64,000 bases of DNA from contig NW_005434592.1 in the NCBI RefSeq assembly GCF_000315625.1, positions 286,126 to 350,125 of the forward strand. Direction: 5' to 3'. The position numbers and the translations under genes are program-made. This document shows positions 50,914 to 61,838 of the stretch, in pieces; position 1 is the stretch's first letter, and every line of letters starts with the position of its first letter. The DNA comes from Guillardia theta CCMP2712. Its lineage: Eukaryota > Protista > Cryptophyta. The notes under the pieces were generated by a model, which did no database searches, was not told where the DNA came from, and was given only the letters and a program-made list of their open reading frames with translations.

Positions 50914-51009
50914 GTCCTGTCGTGCCGCCCATTCCGCTCGACCGTGATGGTCTTGCTGCTGTGTCGTCAAGCCTCTGCCCAACGGACCTTCTCTACCACA
51001 CGTTACTAA

Positions 51010-51240
51010 AGCCTAGGCCGGGTTGTCGGCGTGCCGCTCACAACCGGGCCGCGACTCCGAATTGAGTGACTGCCAGTGCGGCCCCCCGCCGCGGCCCGGG
51101 CCGGCCCGGCCAGAGCCGCGCCCGGGCCGCCGGGCGCCGCGCACCGGGCTGCCACCGGGCTGCGGCACTGATGGTCCTGGCCCACTGGCCCGCCGCCAAG
51201 GAGGCCCAGGCTCGCTTGAACCGGGCTCGGATTCGGGTAA
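51010..51240. repeat. GC-rich intergenic island
   Basis: CCGGG/GGCCC-rich patch. Confidence 0.65.
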
Positions 51241-51349
51241 TTTAATTCATCATAGCAGTATCAAGACTCTTAAAATTGAAATGTCATACAACAAGTATAA
51301 TGTACACTGAGGCGTCAGTTCTAAACTGTTACAACAGAAGAAGCTGAAC

Positions 51350-52724
51350 TCAAACTTGATCGAGCATCTTCGTCAGTTCCCTTGCACTCGGTCGTTCGCT
51401 GGACACAGGGCTCCAACACCGGTCTACGATCCTTGCAAGCTCCTGGTGTTCTTGCTGCATCTTCTCCAGAGAAGGTCGTAATCCTTGCCTGATAAGATGA
51501 CGTCATGGAAGAGAAGAAGAGGAGGTTGTTTCTTACCTTGCAGTTAGTTCAGCCAACAGTCGGGGCTCGATAGCGATGTGCGGGGGCTCACCATGATACA
51601 TGTACCACATGACCATTCCAGCCGAGAACACATCCGCTGATGACGAATACGCAGCCGTATAACCGTCTTGCCCATCACTGAAGACCTCGGGCGCCATGTA
51701 CCGCCAGGCTCCAGTATTGCCGCTCATTCGCTGCGAACCCTCTCCCGTCACCTGCGCTCCTTGCCTGACAAAAAGTGTGATCAGTCGGGGCTGTCCGCGC
51801 GTTTCAAGCAAAGGATCAAAGCTTACCAGGAGTAACGACCAACTTGGTTATCGATCACCTTGCACAGACCAAAGTCTGTAAGCTTGAGGAGGCTGCGGTC
51901 AGAGGAGATGAGGATGTTGTCGGGCTTCACGTCGCGATGGATAATGCTCGGTTTCCCATCGTGAAGGAACGCTAAGCCACAAGACAGCTGCTTCGACCAT
52001 GAGACGACCAGGTCGATCGAGGGGCTGCTCGATCAAAGTCAGACTGTAACATCGCACTGGCTTGCAGCTGTTTCCTCACCGTTTCCCAGAACATTCCTCG
52101 TTATACAGCTGCTCCAATGTGCAGCCATCCACGAGCTCGTACACAATCTGTATGCTCGACCCTTCGAACGAGGCCCCAAGGAAGCTGACAATGTTGGGAT
52201 GCTTTTGGAGGCTGGATGCAACTATCACCTCCTGCAAGTCAAGGTAAGCAGAGGGCAGCACATTACGGCCAAGGTCCCACTTGCATCATGTCTTTCATGG
52301 CATGGGAGGCCGAGCACCGTCTTGAAAGTACTTTAATCGCGACATCTGATCCGGATTCTTTCAGCCTGGCCCGGTAGACTGTGGCACATGAGCCTCTTCC
52401 AATCTCTTCAGCTCCTCTGAGGTCGATGTGTGAGCTGGGCATGTACCATTGCTCGGTCAGTGCCAAGATATGAATCACAGGCAGATCTCTCGGTCCCTGG
52501 TCGTTATGTGGAGGCTCTAGATCGAAAGATTGATCCGAAGAGTCTTCCATTGATTGCGCAATGTCATGGAAATCATCTTCATCGAAAGGGATTCCTATTG
52601 CTGTGTTGGTTTTATCAAGATCGAAACAGCTGTCTTCGAAACTGCGAACAGGAACAACTTTCTTGTCTTTTCTGTTTCGGGAGCTCTCCCTCCAACGAGG
52701 AAGCATCAAGCAACTTCTTGCCAT
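51350..52724 (-). CDS. Tyrosine-kinase-like (TKL) Ser/Thr protein kinase
   Basis: IGRGSCATVY, VAIK, HPNIV, IIHRDVKPDNIL, LTDFGL, GAWRYMAPE, ADVFSAG, GLRP..RCW..ERPS; stop at 51350. Confidence 0.92.
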
Positions 52725-53679
52725 CCGTTAAACTTGTATCCCTCGCGACAATCTCCCAATGGTGAGAGGTGAGTTGTTGAGATTTCAGGAGAATTGCGGA
52801 TTCGAAGAAATCAACGTCAACAAAAGATGATAGAGAGAAGCCAAACAAGGGAATGAGCGAATGTGTTGCGGGAAAGATACAAGGTGAGGGGTAACGAGAA
52901 GTGCAACTCGGACGAGGAAAGATACAAACGCGAGGAAGAGATGCGTTCAAGAGGCTTGCTGTCAGATACAAACAAGGGATCGAAACGATGCGAAGCGTGA
53001 AACAATACGAGAAAGGGGTAGGTACGTAATTTGTATTTGTGTTGTGAGTGGGCGGTGGGGTACTGTACCATATCTTTATCAGGAAGAAGGAGGGGTAGTA
53101 AACTGTAACTGAAGTCAAAAGCCTGCAAGAGGGGGTAGGGTTACTACATATGGGTTGTAAATTGACCGATGTCAGCTTTTCCAGCGTAGACCCCCGGATG
53201 TCCACCCTCCACCCCCTCCACCCTCACTACACCTATTAATCACCCCATGTTTCCTCTATAAGTTGGAGTGCAACAAGGGGTTCAACCAGGAAGTACCCCT
53301 CCCGATGACCGGCACCACCTTACGGCCTGCCGGACATGTGTAGCCTGTAATGCCGCCATGAACTGGTAACCCCTCGTGACTATCCCCATCCCCGCTCAAC
53401 CCCCTCCACCTAGCTACTGGCTCACCTCAAACCGACTCTTTTGGCCTACGATGCTCCTGCCAGCCGTAACTGCGGGATGGTCTTTGACTACCTACCCTAG
53501 GCTGCGTACGAGAACAATAGATCTGATCACCCCTCCCCTGTGCACCCCATTGTAAAGTAATACACACCCTTTCGCGTTAGGGCCGCACGGGTCCTGAAGG
53601 CTACAACATCACGACTATTCAATCATAAGGCGTATCTTCTTTACGGAGGCTTGCGACCCCAAACACACGGCGGCCGCTA

Positions 53680-54350
53680 CCGTACTACGGCGGCGCCGCC
53701 CGGCCGTACTAGGGTTGCCACGGTGACACTGTGAATGGCCCGGGACCCCGTCAGACCGTCGGTCACGCGGTGCCAGTGAGGTCACGGTCAGCTGGTCAGG
53801 GCTACTGGACGAGTCCCGGAAGTCACTGGGGCCGGGCCAGCCGGGCCCGGGCCCCCGGGCCCGCGGCGGCCCGCGGCCGCCTCAGCTACGGTTTCCAGTG
53901 ACTGAACTCGGAACAGTTACCGTGAATCACTGATCAGTGAATGGCTGGCAAGCCTCTGACGGTACGGTACGGTCTCCTGAGTTCAGTGGGCTCGGCAAGC
54001 CTCCGCCTCGAGTCGGAGTCTGCCGGCCGCTGACTCTGTGAGCCTCCGACTCGGCGGCCGCGCCTCGGCCGGAGTACCGGCGGTACGAGGTCACGCCCCG
54101 GAGTCTGTCCGATCAAGTCCGACTGAGTCACCGGGTGCCCGCCGCAGGGCCGCGGGCCCGCGGGGCCCGGGGCCGGGGGGCCGGGCGGGCCGCCCCCCGC
54201 GGGCCCGCGGCCGTGATACTGTACTCGGTACTCAGTCCGAGTCATGACACTGTCACAGCTGCGGGGGCCTCCGTGGCCCGGGGCTCGCCTGCTGGACCGT
54301 CCGACACTGGCGAGTCTGGCAGGGGCCTCCAATCACCCGGGGCGGGCCGC
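53680..54350. repeat. GC-rich intergenic island between divergent genes
   Basis: Same word content as the other islands; preceded by a TACCC/CACCC tract at 53000-53570. Confidence 0.75.
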
Positions 54351-54405
54351 CTCGACGGTATAGTAGGGGTTGGCCAGATGCATAGACAACAGCGTCTCTT
54401 CAGCC

Positions 54406-56239
54406 ATGGCTCGGTGGTTGGGAGCGGCGGCTGTGGCGGCGCTGGTGATTGTGATGGCATGCGAGAGGATCAGCGAGCATGGCATGAAACCTGGTGAGCT
54501 AGAGCAATCAAGACAAGACCTGGATGCCGAAGCACGAGCTATCGACGACAGATGGTCAACGCCAGACCCTTGGGCAATCGATTCCGACGAGCACACTTTG
54601 GCTTTCGGAAGAGAGCCGGCCGGACTGTCTGAGTTCTTCGAAGAGAACCCTCAGCGCTTTGCGCATGGTGAGGCCGGAGACTTCGAGTGGCCATACGTGT
54701 GGGAGGGGAAGGATGCCAGGGGCATGCGATCGGGGTATGATTGGCAAGGTGCGAGCACAGCAGTGAAGGTCAGAGGGTTGGACATGCCACCATCCCATGA
54801 TGTCTTTGGCGAGCTTGGCCCTTTTCCCGCAATATCCACACGTGATGAGATGTATCCCGGTTCCAAGGTGCACGATGAAGTGGTCCCCCGTTGGTCCTTG
54901 CCCATGGCTCGAAGGCCCAGGTGAAGGTTGAGGAATTTTCAACTCCTGTCTTGTGACTCGTGACATGTGCAGAGCTGCTCTTTCACAGCTGAGGCTTCAG
55001 TCTCTTTCTCCGTCCTCGTACACTGACTTCACGATGTCGGGGGATGGCGTCAGGTGCGTTTGCGACTCGGCAGCTGCAGGAGACGAGGAGATGGAGGTTA
55101 GATCGAGCGACCTGACCTTAAAGCTGCTGAGAGGCCTGGCAGGGTCTCGACCCCAACGTAAGGCCTGCGTGCACCTGCACTGGGGGGAGAAGAACTTCCT
55201 TCAGCGGCACTGAGGAAGGAGGACCGCTGGATACAGGCGCTGAGGGTGCATGGCCGCAGGGCCTACCCGACAACGGAGGAGTGGCGTACATTGACGGAGG
55301 GTCGACAAGAGCCTACAAGTCCATCTCTGCTCAATCTCTTGCTGCTCTGCCGTCTCAGATGGAGCACAAGTGGATAACGCTGGTGAAGCTCGCTGAAGAC
55401 GCGTTGAGCGAGGGCGGAAACAGCAGCGCCGTGCCTTCCGAAGCCTCCGAACCAGCAGAGGCGAAAGAGGATGACGGGCAGTCCGCCGTTGAGGGTTCTG
55501 AAGGAAATGAGAATGCCGATGCACAAGATTCTGTGGAAGATGAGACCAAGGAGGAGGGAGGAGAAGAGGTAAGAGAAGGTGAGGGTAAAGAGCTCGAGGA
55601 GCCTTCGGCTGCCAATGCAACAGCTGGCGACGAAGCGCAACATTCATCCAGTGCTGCCGAAGTAGAGGCGAAGCCTACCTGGTGGAAGCTGCATCACAAC
55701 CCAAGTGCTTCACCTCTTGATCGGTTGGCGACCTTGAAGACCCTCTCGTGCTTATCCTGCTGCAGAAACCTCGTCGAGCGCTTCCGCAGAGTCTTCAGGA
55801 TCTTTCTGAGCGAGTCCGCGTACTGCGATGAGCTGGGCGAGCGGGTAAAGATTGCCCGCAGTTCGTATTGGCCTCATGCTGTTCCAGTGTCGCGGGCGCT
55901 TGTGCGGGTGCAAACGGCGAGCAGGACGTCACATGTGCTACGGGTTGACGACAGCACGAGACCTCTGCCCGCTCTCCAAGACCCACGTGAGCGCCGACTT
56001 CAAGCGTCGCCTCCAGCTGAAGGCCTGCAGGTGTGCGAGGCGGAGGCTGTCAAGAAAGCCTACGGTCTGTGCAAGGACGTGGAGAAGTTGCCAGGCGTCA
56101 ACGTGGATGAGGTGAGAGGCTGCTGGGGGGGTTGCGAAGAGGAGCTGAGGTGCTGCAGGCTCCCTTCTGGACGGAGGTGCAGGGCGAGCAGCCCCCCGCG
56201 ACAACTTTCTTTGTGGCTCCACAGGGAGTTTACGATTAA
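54406..56239 (+). CDS. Hypothetical secreted or membrane-anchored protein with acidic linker and Cys-rich C-terminus
   Basis: N-terminal hydrophobic MARWLGAAAVAALVIVMAC; acidic low-complexity middle; CLSCC..C..C motifs; short introns. Confidence 0.6.
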
Positions 56240-56289
56240 AAGATGAAAGCTAGAGCATGGAACGAGAGCTGAACGAGGCTGCTGACCTG

Positions 56290-59061
56290 TCAGTCGCCCT
56301 CCCTCCCTTCCTCTTGCTCCTGTTGGCTGTCAGTCGGCGTCTTGGTCAAACTCTCGAGCTGTAGCGTGTCAGCTTCCACTCTCGCGACTTGACTTGTGAA
56401 GTAGCTGACAAGCTGCTGGTGCCGCCGATGACTCGCGATGTTGTCGAGGATCTTGGCCTCGAGCTCGTGATGCAGCATCGCGTTCTCGTTCTTGAGCGCC
56501 GCAACCTCGCGGAGGGCGGCTCTGCGATCCTCGTCGCACTTGTTGAGGATGAGGCGGCTCTGCGCCATTGATTGCGTCATGTCTTGGGTGATGGACTGCA
56601 ACTTCGACCGCACTGACTTCACCTCCTCCTCTCGGTCTTCCAACTCACTCGCGTGCTGGACTCGTTGAGCCTCCAGCTGCTGTTGGGCCTCAAGCATCGT
56701 CTGCACCAGGCGCTCTATCTGACCATCTTTGGAGGTCAGCAGGTCCTGGACGAGCACCTGAAGCTTCGCCACGTCCTTCAACTTCACATCCATCCTCTCC
56801 ATGTCCTCGGCCAACTTCATCAGCCTCTGAGCCACTTTGAGTTCGTTGGCTTCTTGTCGTCGGCTCTCTGAGCTCGAGTCGGCAGCCAACGACGTGAGCT
56901 CTTCTATCTCCCGCACAATCGCCTGCATCTGCTGAAAGATCCGTCGCCTCTCACTCTCCTGCGCGTTCCTCCCGCAGAGCTGCTCATGCTGCAGCCGCCG
57001 GCTCGTTTCTCGCAGCTCCTGGCAGGTGCTTGACAGCTCGTTGATCTCCTCGCGCGCTGCATGAAGCTTTCTCTGGATCCAGTGGAAGGCTTGCCGAGCC
57101 TCGTGGGCGCTGCTTGAGTTGCTGCTCTCACAGTAGATGAGGTTCTGCTTGAGATCCGAGACTTGAAGCTCCTTGCTCTTCACCTCTTCCAGCAAGAGTT
57201 TCGCGCGCTCCTTCTCTCCTTGCATTTCTTGTTCCAGAAGAAGCATACGCTCGTTTGCCTGTTGGAATCCTTCTTTCAACTCGTTACAGATCAGGCTCAT
57301 CGCTTCGATGTTGTTCTTCATGTGCTTCATCTCCGTCGACATGTTCTTTGCCTTGATCTCACCGGAAGACTTCATGATATAAGACTTTGCTTCCATGGCT
57401 AAGATGTCTCGTTCCTGCATACACCAAACAGTGAGCGGCCATCTCAACACATGAGCGAGTACCTTTGAGGAGTACAAGTCTTTCAGCTTCATGTGATCTT
57501 CCTTGACCTGGCTGAGCTCGGACTTGGAGGCGTTGAGTTTCTTCCGCAGATCTCTTGCTGTTGTTTTCCAATTCATACCTTCCTTCTTGAGCTGGTCCAA
57601 CCGACTGCTGGCTTCCGAGTTCTCTCTCTTTGATTTGTTCAAGCTTTCGTTCAACTTTGAGACTTTGTCTTCTAGGAATGTTTTCATCTTTCTGAGCGCC
57701 AGCAGCTCTGTTTGAAACAATATATCAGGCGCCCACCTACACAGCAACAAACGTTTCACCAGCGATCTCCTCGTGATTCTTCTGGTAATGTTTGATGACT
57801 CGAGTCACGAGGGCCTCATCTCGGGAAGAGCTGCTCTTCTCAGCTGCTGTGCTCGTCCTCGCGTCTGTCACTTCTCCCTCGCATCTTCGACCTGCCTTGT
57901 CCTCCGCGACGAGTTGCCGCCTGGCAGGTTCCGAGTCGTGCTGGAGCGGGAAATGTTCAAACTTATAGCCCACGACGGTGCCGTTGATGTCCGGTATCGA
58001 ACAACCCAGCAGGCTGTTAGACTTGTCAGAGTCATCGTCTGAACTTCTGAAATTGTCTGCACCCAGGTTTCGTTCATTTCTGAGATGTGAGAGGTCGGCA
58101 AGCACTTGCTCGACATCTCGTTCGATCTTCATGGTCAGTTCTTCACAGACCCGGATGCTTGAGGACCAGCTACCATCCCCTTGCGACGACTCTCGCTCAT
58201 GGGACTCGTTGCATTCAGTGTTTGAGTCTGAAGATGGAATCGTAGACATGTCGGCGTGATCTCGGTAGTTGTATGGTTTCGGTGACTTCCATGAGTTTGT
58301 CTCCGTGATCTGTCGTGCAAACCCCAGCTGCAAGTTTGATTGAAATCTTGACAGGATGCTGAACTTCTGCGGCGAACCCTCGGCTGCTCCAGCTCCGAAA
58401 GCTCCAGCTCCAGCTCCAGCTTCAGCTGGTTGTATCGGAGCCGTCCAGGAGCTCTGGGAGCGGTGAAGCTTCTCCATGACGGGGATGGAGTACTCGTGCG
58501 GCAGGCTGGAGCATCGGAGGAACTGCGAGTTGATGTAGGTGTGCCGAGGAGACACGAAGCTGTCGGGGCTCCGGCCGGGCGATCCGGTGGAGAGCTTCTG
58601 TATGCTCTCGAGAATGGCATTGACGAGGTCATGATCCAGCACACACAACCCCTCCTTGTCGTGAGTGACGAGAGTCTTCTCCTGGAGCGACTCGAAGATG
58701 GCAGACCTCGTCTTCATCTCCTCGATCGAGATCCTCATCAGCTTCGCCGTCAGTCGCTCGTCCGAGCTTCCCTTGCAGTACTCGATCTTGACGCAGGTAC
58801 CAGGCCTGTCGCAGCCTACCAGCATGTCTCGCACGTTGCTCTCCGTCACCTCCACGTCATCGATCGCTACCACCGCATCTCCCACACACATCCCGCTGAA
58901 GAACGCCGGTCCTCCGAACTCAACGAGCTCGATGGTTGTGCCGTCCAGCTGGATACCAACCTACACATGTCGCCCTCAGTCTCCCCGTCGTCCTCTCTTC
59001 ATCACTCACCGTAGAGTTTGTCGTGTCTCCCGTCCCGTTGTTGTGCGCTGTACGGGTGCAT
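56290..59061 (-). CDS. PDZ domain + long coiled-coil protein
   Basis: VGIQLDGTTIELVEFGGPAFFSGMCVGDAVVAIDDVEV..LVGCDRPGTCVKI (PDZ), then a long heptad-rich region of over 400 aa. Confidence 0.8.
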
Positions 59062-59302
59062 AGCGACAGCATGGATGCGTTGGTTCACGTACTCGAGCAG
59101 GGTAGGAGCTGCTCGTTCACCTCAGCAGCACGTCGCTCGCGTCAGTCTTCCTTGTTCGCCTCCCTCCCTCCCTCTCTTTGTCACCATTGCGACGGACCCG
59201 GGCCGGACCGACAGAAACAATTTTACTCAAAGCTCTTCTCAGACCTTCCAAGTCTCCTGTGGTGCCGCAAAGGACAAACAAGGCCGGCGGTACAAGAAGC
59301 GA

Positions 59303-59582
59303 GAGAGCTCGCAGTCAACTTATCAACTGATTCAAAGTGATTCATATGTATCTTGAAGGTAAAATGAGAGCTCGCAGTCAACTTATCAACTGATTCAAAG
59401 TGATTCATATGTATCTTGAAGGTAAAATGAGAGCTCGCAGTCAACTTATCAACTGATTCAAAGTGATTGATATGTATCTTGAAGGTAAACTGAGAGCTCG
59501 CAGTCAACTTATCAACTGATTCAAAGTGATTCATATGTATCTTGAAGGAGCTCGCAGTCAACTTATTCATATTTATCTTGAA
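59303..59582 (+). repeat. 63-bp minisatellite, 4 near-identical units + degenerate fifth
   Basis: Unit GAGAGCTCGCAGTCAACTTATCAACTGATTCAAAGTGATTCATATGTATCTTGAAGGTAAAAT at 59303, 59366, 59429, 59492. Confidence 0.95.
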
Positions 59583-59763
59583 TGAAAACACAACTGAGGT
59601 CGACAAAAACGCGACACGCGACCTACATGAATGAATTTCTTGTCGCGTTGAGACAGGAGCGGAAAAGTGTTTGAGGTGGAGCAGAGGCAGCGACAGTGGA
59701 TGAGACATGGGCCAACAGCAGAGAGAGACTGCAACCTACACGTGCGCTTTCATCCTCAGGCGG

Positions 59764-61598
59764 TCAGACCTTCACCGGCTGGATGGCTCGGGGCTCGCGA
59801 GCTATCCATACTCATCACTCGCGCAGAAACAGGAAGCGTTGGCAAGCACCTTACGCTCCAACACGATAGCCTCGTCGCCTGCCTGCACGGACGCCTTGCC
59901 GTGTCCTGATAAAAAGCAATCGAGGATGAGCAAGAGATTTTCGCCTCCTCCTCCTCCTCCTCCTCCTCCTCCTCCTCCTGCAGCATCACCAGGCTCAACT
60001 TGCCCTTGCTCTTCTTCAGGCCCATCAGCGTACATGATTTCCAGCAGACTCTACACAAACGATCACTCTATGGTTGGATCAAGGATGGCATGCCTTGCAG
60101 AAAGTAAGAACTCCCTCAGGCACTGAGAGCCGCCAGGCATGTCAGCAACTTTCAAGTCTCGTCTCAACGGCTCTCACCGTCGGGATTCTCTTCTGTCGAT
60201 TGGCAAAGAAGCTCAACTGACCGCAACTTGCCGTAATAAAAATCTCTTTCCTTCTCGAGCTCTTGGACTGTGTGCTACCAACACGTTTTAGCTCCTCCCC
60301 ACCAACTCCCTCCCTCAGCTGGATACCTGCAGGACCTCTATCTCGTTTCTGTACTGCTGTACCTGCTCCACTGCATGATTCAACTGCCGCGCACCAACAT
60401 GGGAGACCTGGTGGTGGGAGAGCGCAGGCTCAGGGGTCCTGGTGCCCGGCGTGATGGTGGCAGGGGTGCACTGCAGGCTCAAGTGAGGGGAGGAGAAGCT
60501 CGAGGAGGGGGAGGACTCACGCTGTTCCTGGGACCAGGAGAGAGGAAAGGTGATTCCACGGACGAAGCTCGTGAGGCGGCTCCGACGTGGGAAGTGCCGT
60601 AGTGAGGCTTGCTGGGAGTCGAAGATTTCTTCGGGGTTCTAGTGGGAGACAAGCTGTGAACCGACGACTCACACGCCCTCCTGTACCGAGAGACCAGCGA
60701 CGGCCCGGACGTCGCAACCTTCAGCCCCGCGTTCTGCCGCAAGTTCAATGTGGCACACAAGGGCAAAGGGAGCCCGTGCCGTACCTTCCTCCTTGCAACC
60801 GCGTCGTACTCGCAACCCCGCGAGTGCTCGTCGTAGAATCCCTTGCAGGTTTCAGAAGCACTTAGGGCCCAGAGAGATTGACCTTGAGCCACTGAAGAAA
60901 CTCCAAGTTGTCGATCGGCCTGCCCTGAACGAGAGGTCAAGGACGGCAGATCGAGGCACCTGACCATGCGAACCTTCATCATCCTCTCGACATCCATCGG
61001 CTTCGAGATCCCCTTGACCATGAAGAATTGTTGCATGATCTTGCAGCAAACCTCAGAACCTAGAGATCATCTGACAGGCCTACCTTGTAGTTCTTGATCG
61101 ATTCGTGCTGTCGGCATACAAGAGTCAGGGGGCGAGATCTCGCACGACAAGGAGTGGGCTCCAGCATACCTCAGCTTTCGCATGATATGATATCCTTTGC
61201 AGAGGGAATTCCTCCTGCCAACAGCCAAGAAAGTCAACAAGATTGGCAGTCGAAAGATGTGTGACTACCGGGTAGAGCGCGTCAAGGACCTGGCAATAAG
61301 CTGCTCCACTGAAACACTGGTCAAACTTGGATCGCCCCCATGACTCCACGTACTTGGCACATTGCTCGACTTTGGAGTAGTCTAACGACAGCAGGCCGTT
61401 GAGCCAGGTCAACAACTCTCCCTGCCAGGATAGCATCACAGGACGGGCCCGAGGCCAGAATCTTTCAGCAAGTCAGACCTTGGGTATGTATGTCTTCTGC
61501 TGCAGTTGCCCCCTTATGGCTTGCTGCATCACGCCAGCCTGAACAACCGAGAGGAGCAGCAGGAGTAGGGCAGTCGCCCAGTACCCTCGCATGAGCAT
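59764..61598 (-). CDS. EB1: EB1/MAPRE microtubule plus-end binding protein with in-frame N-terminal signal-peptide-like leader
   Basis: CH domain GELLTWLN..KVEQCA|GAAYCQVLD..IKNYK..DNLEFLQWLK..YDAVARR; EBH domain LEKERDFYYGKLRSVELLCQ..LLEIMYA. Confidence 0.9.
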
Positions 61599-61838
61599 GC
61601 TTGCTCGACTGGTGAGTTTTTACTGAATCCCTTCCCCACTTACAAGTTCAACTCCACCAGCTTTGTCCTCAGCTGCTCTTGATCGTCGTCATCTTATGGG
61701 CCCCTTAACTTCTCGTCCTCCTCCTTCGCTCCTCTCTCCTCCTTCCGCCCTCTCGCTTCGCCCCATCGCAACGACCGAACTGCATGGGTTATCGTGTATC
61801 CTCTTCCCCGCGCTGACCAATCCGAGCCAGTGGCCGCC

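Noticed and set aside
59303-59582. 63-bp array as a CRISPR array, or the 161-aa ORF 59223-59708 as a gene
   Set aside because: Units are contiguous with no unique spacers, there are no cas genes, and the context is eukaryotic; the ORF is a by-product of a 21-codon repeat
9792-61598. Cilia/microtubule gene cluster (SPAG1-like, CSPP1-like, EB1)
   Set aside because: The genes are tens of kb apart among unrelated genes; expected by chance in a flagellate
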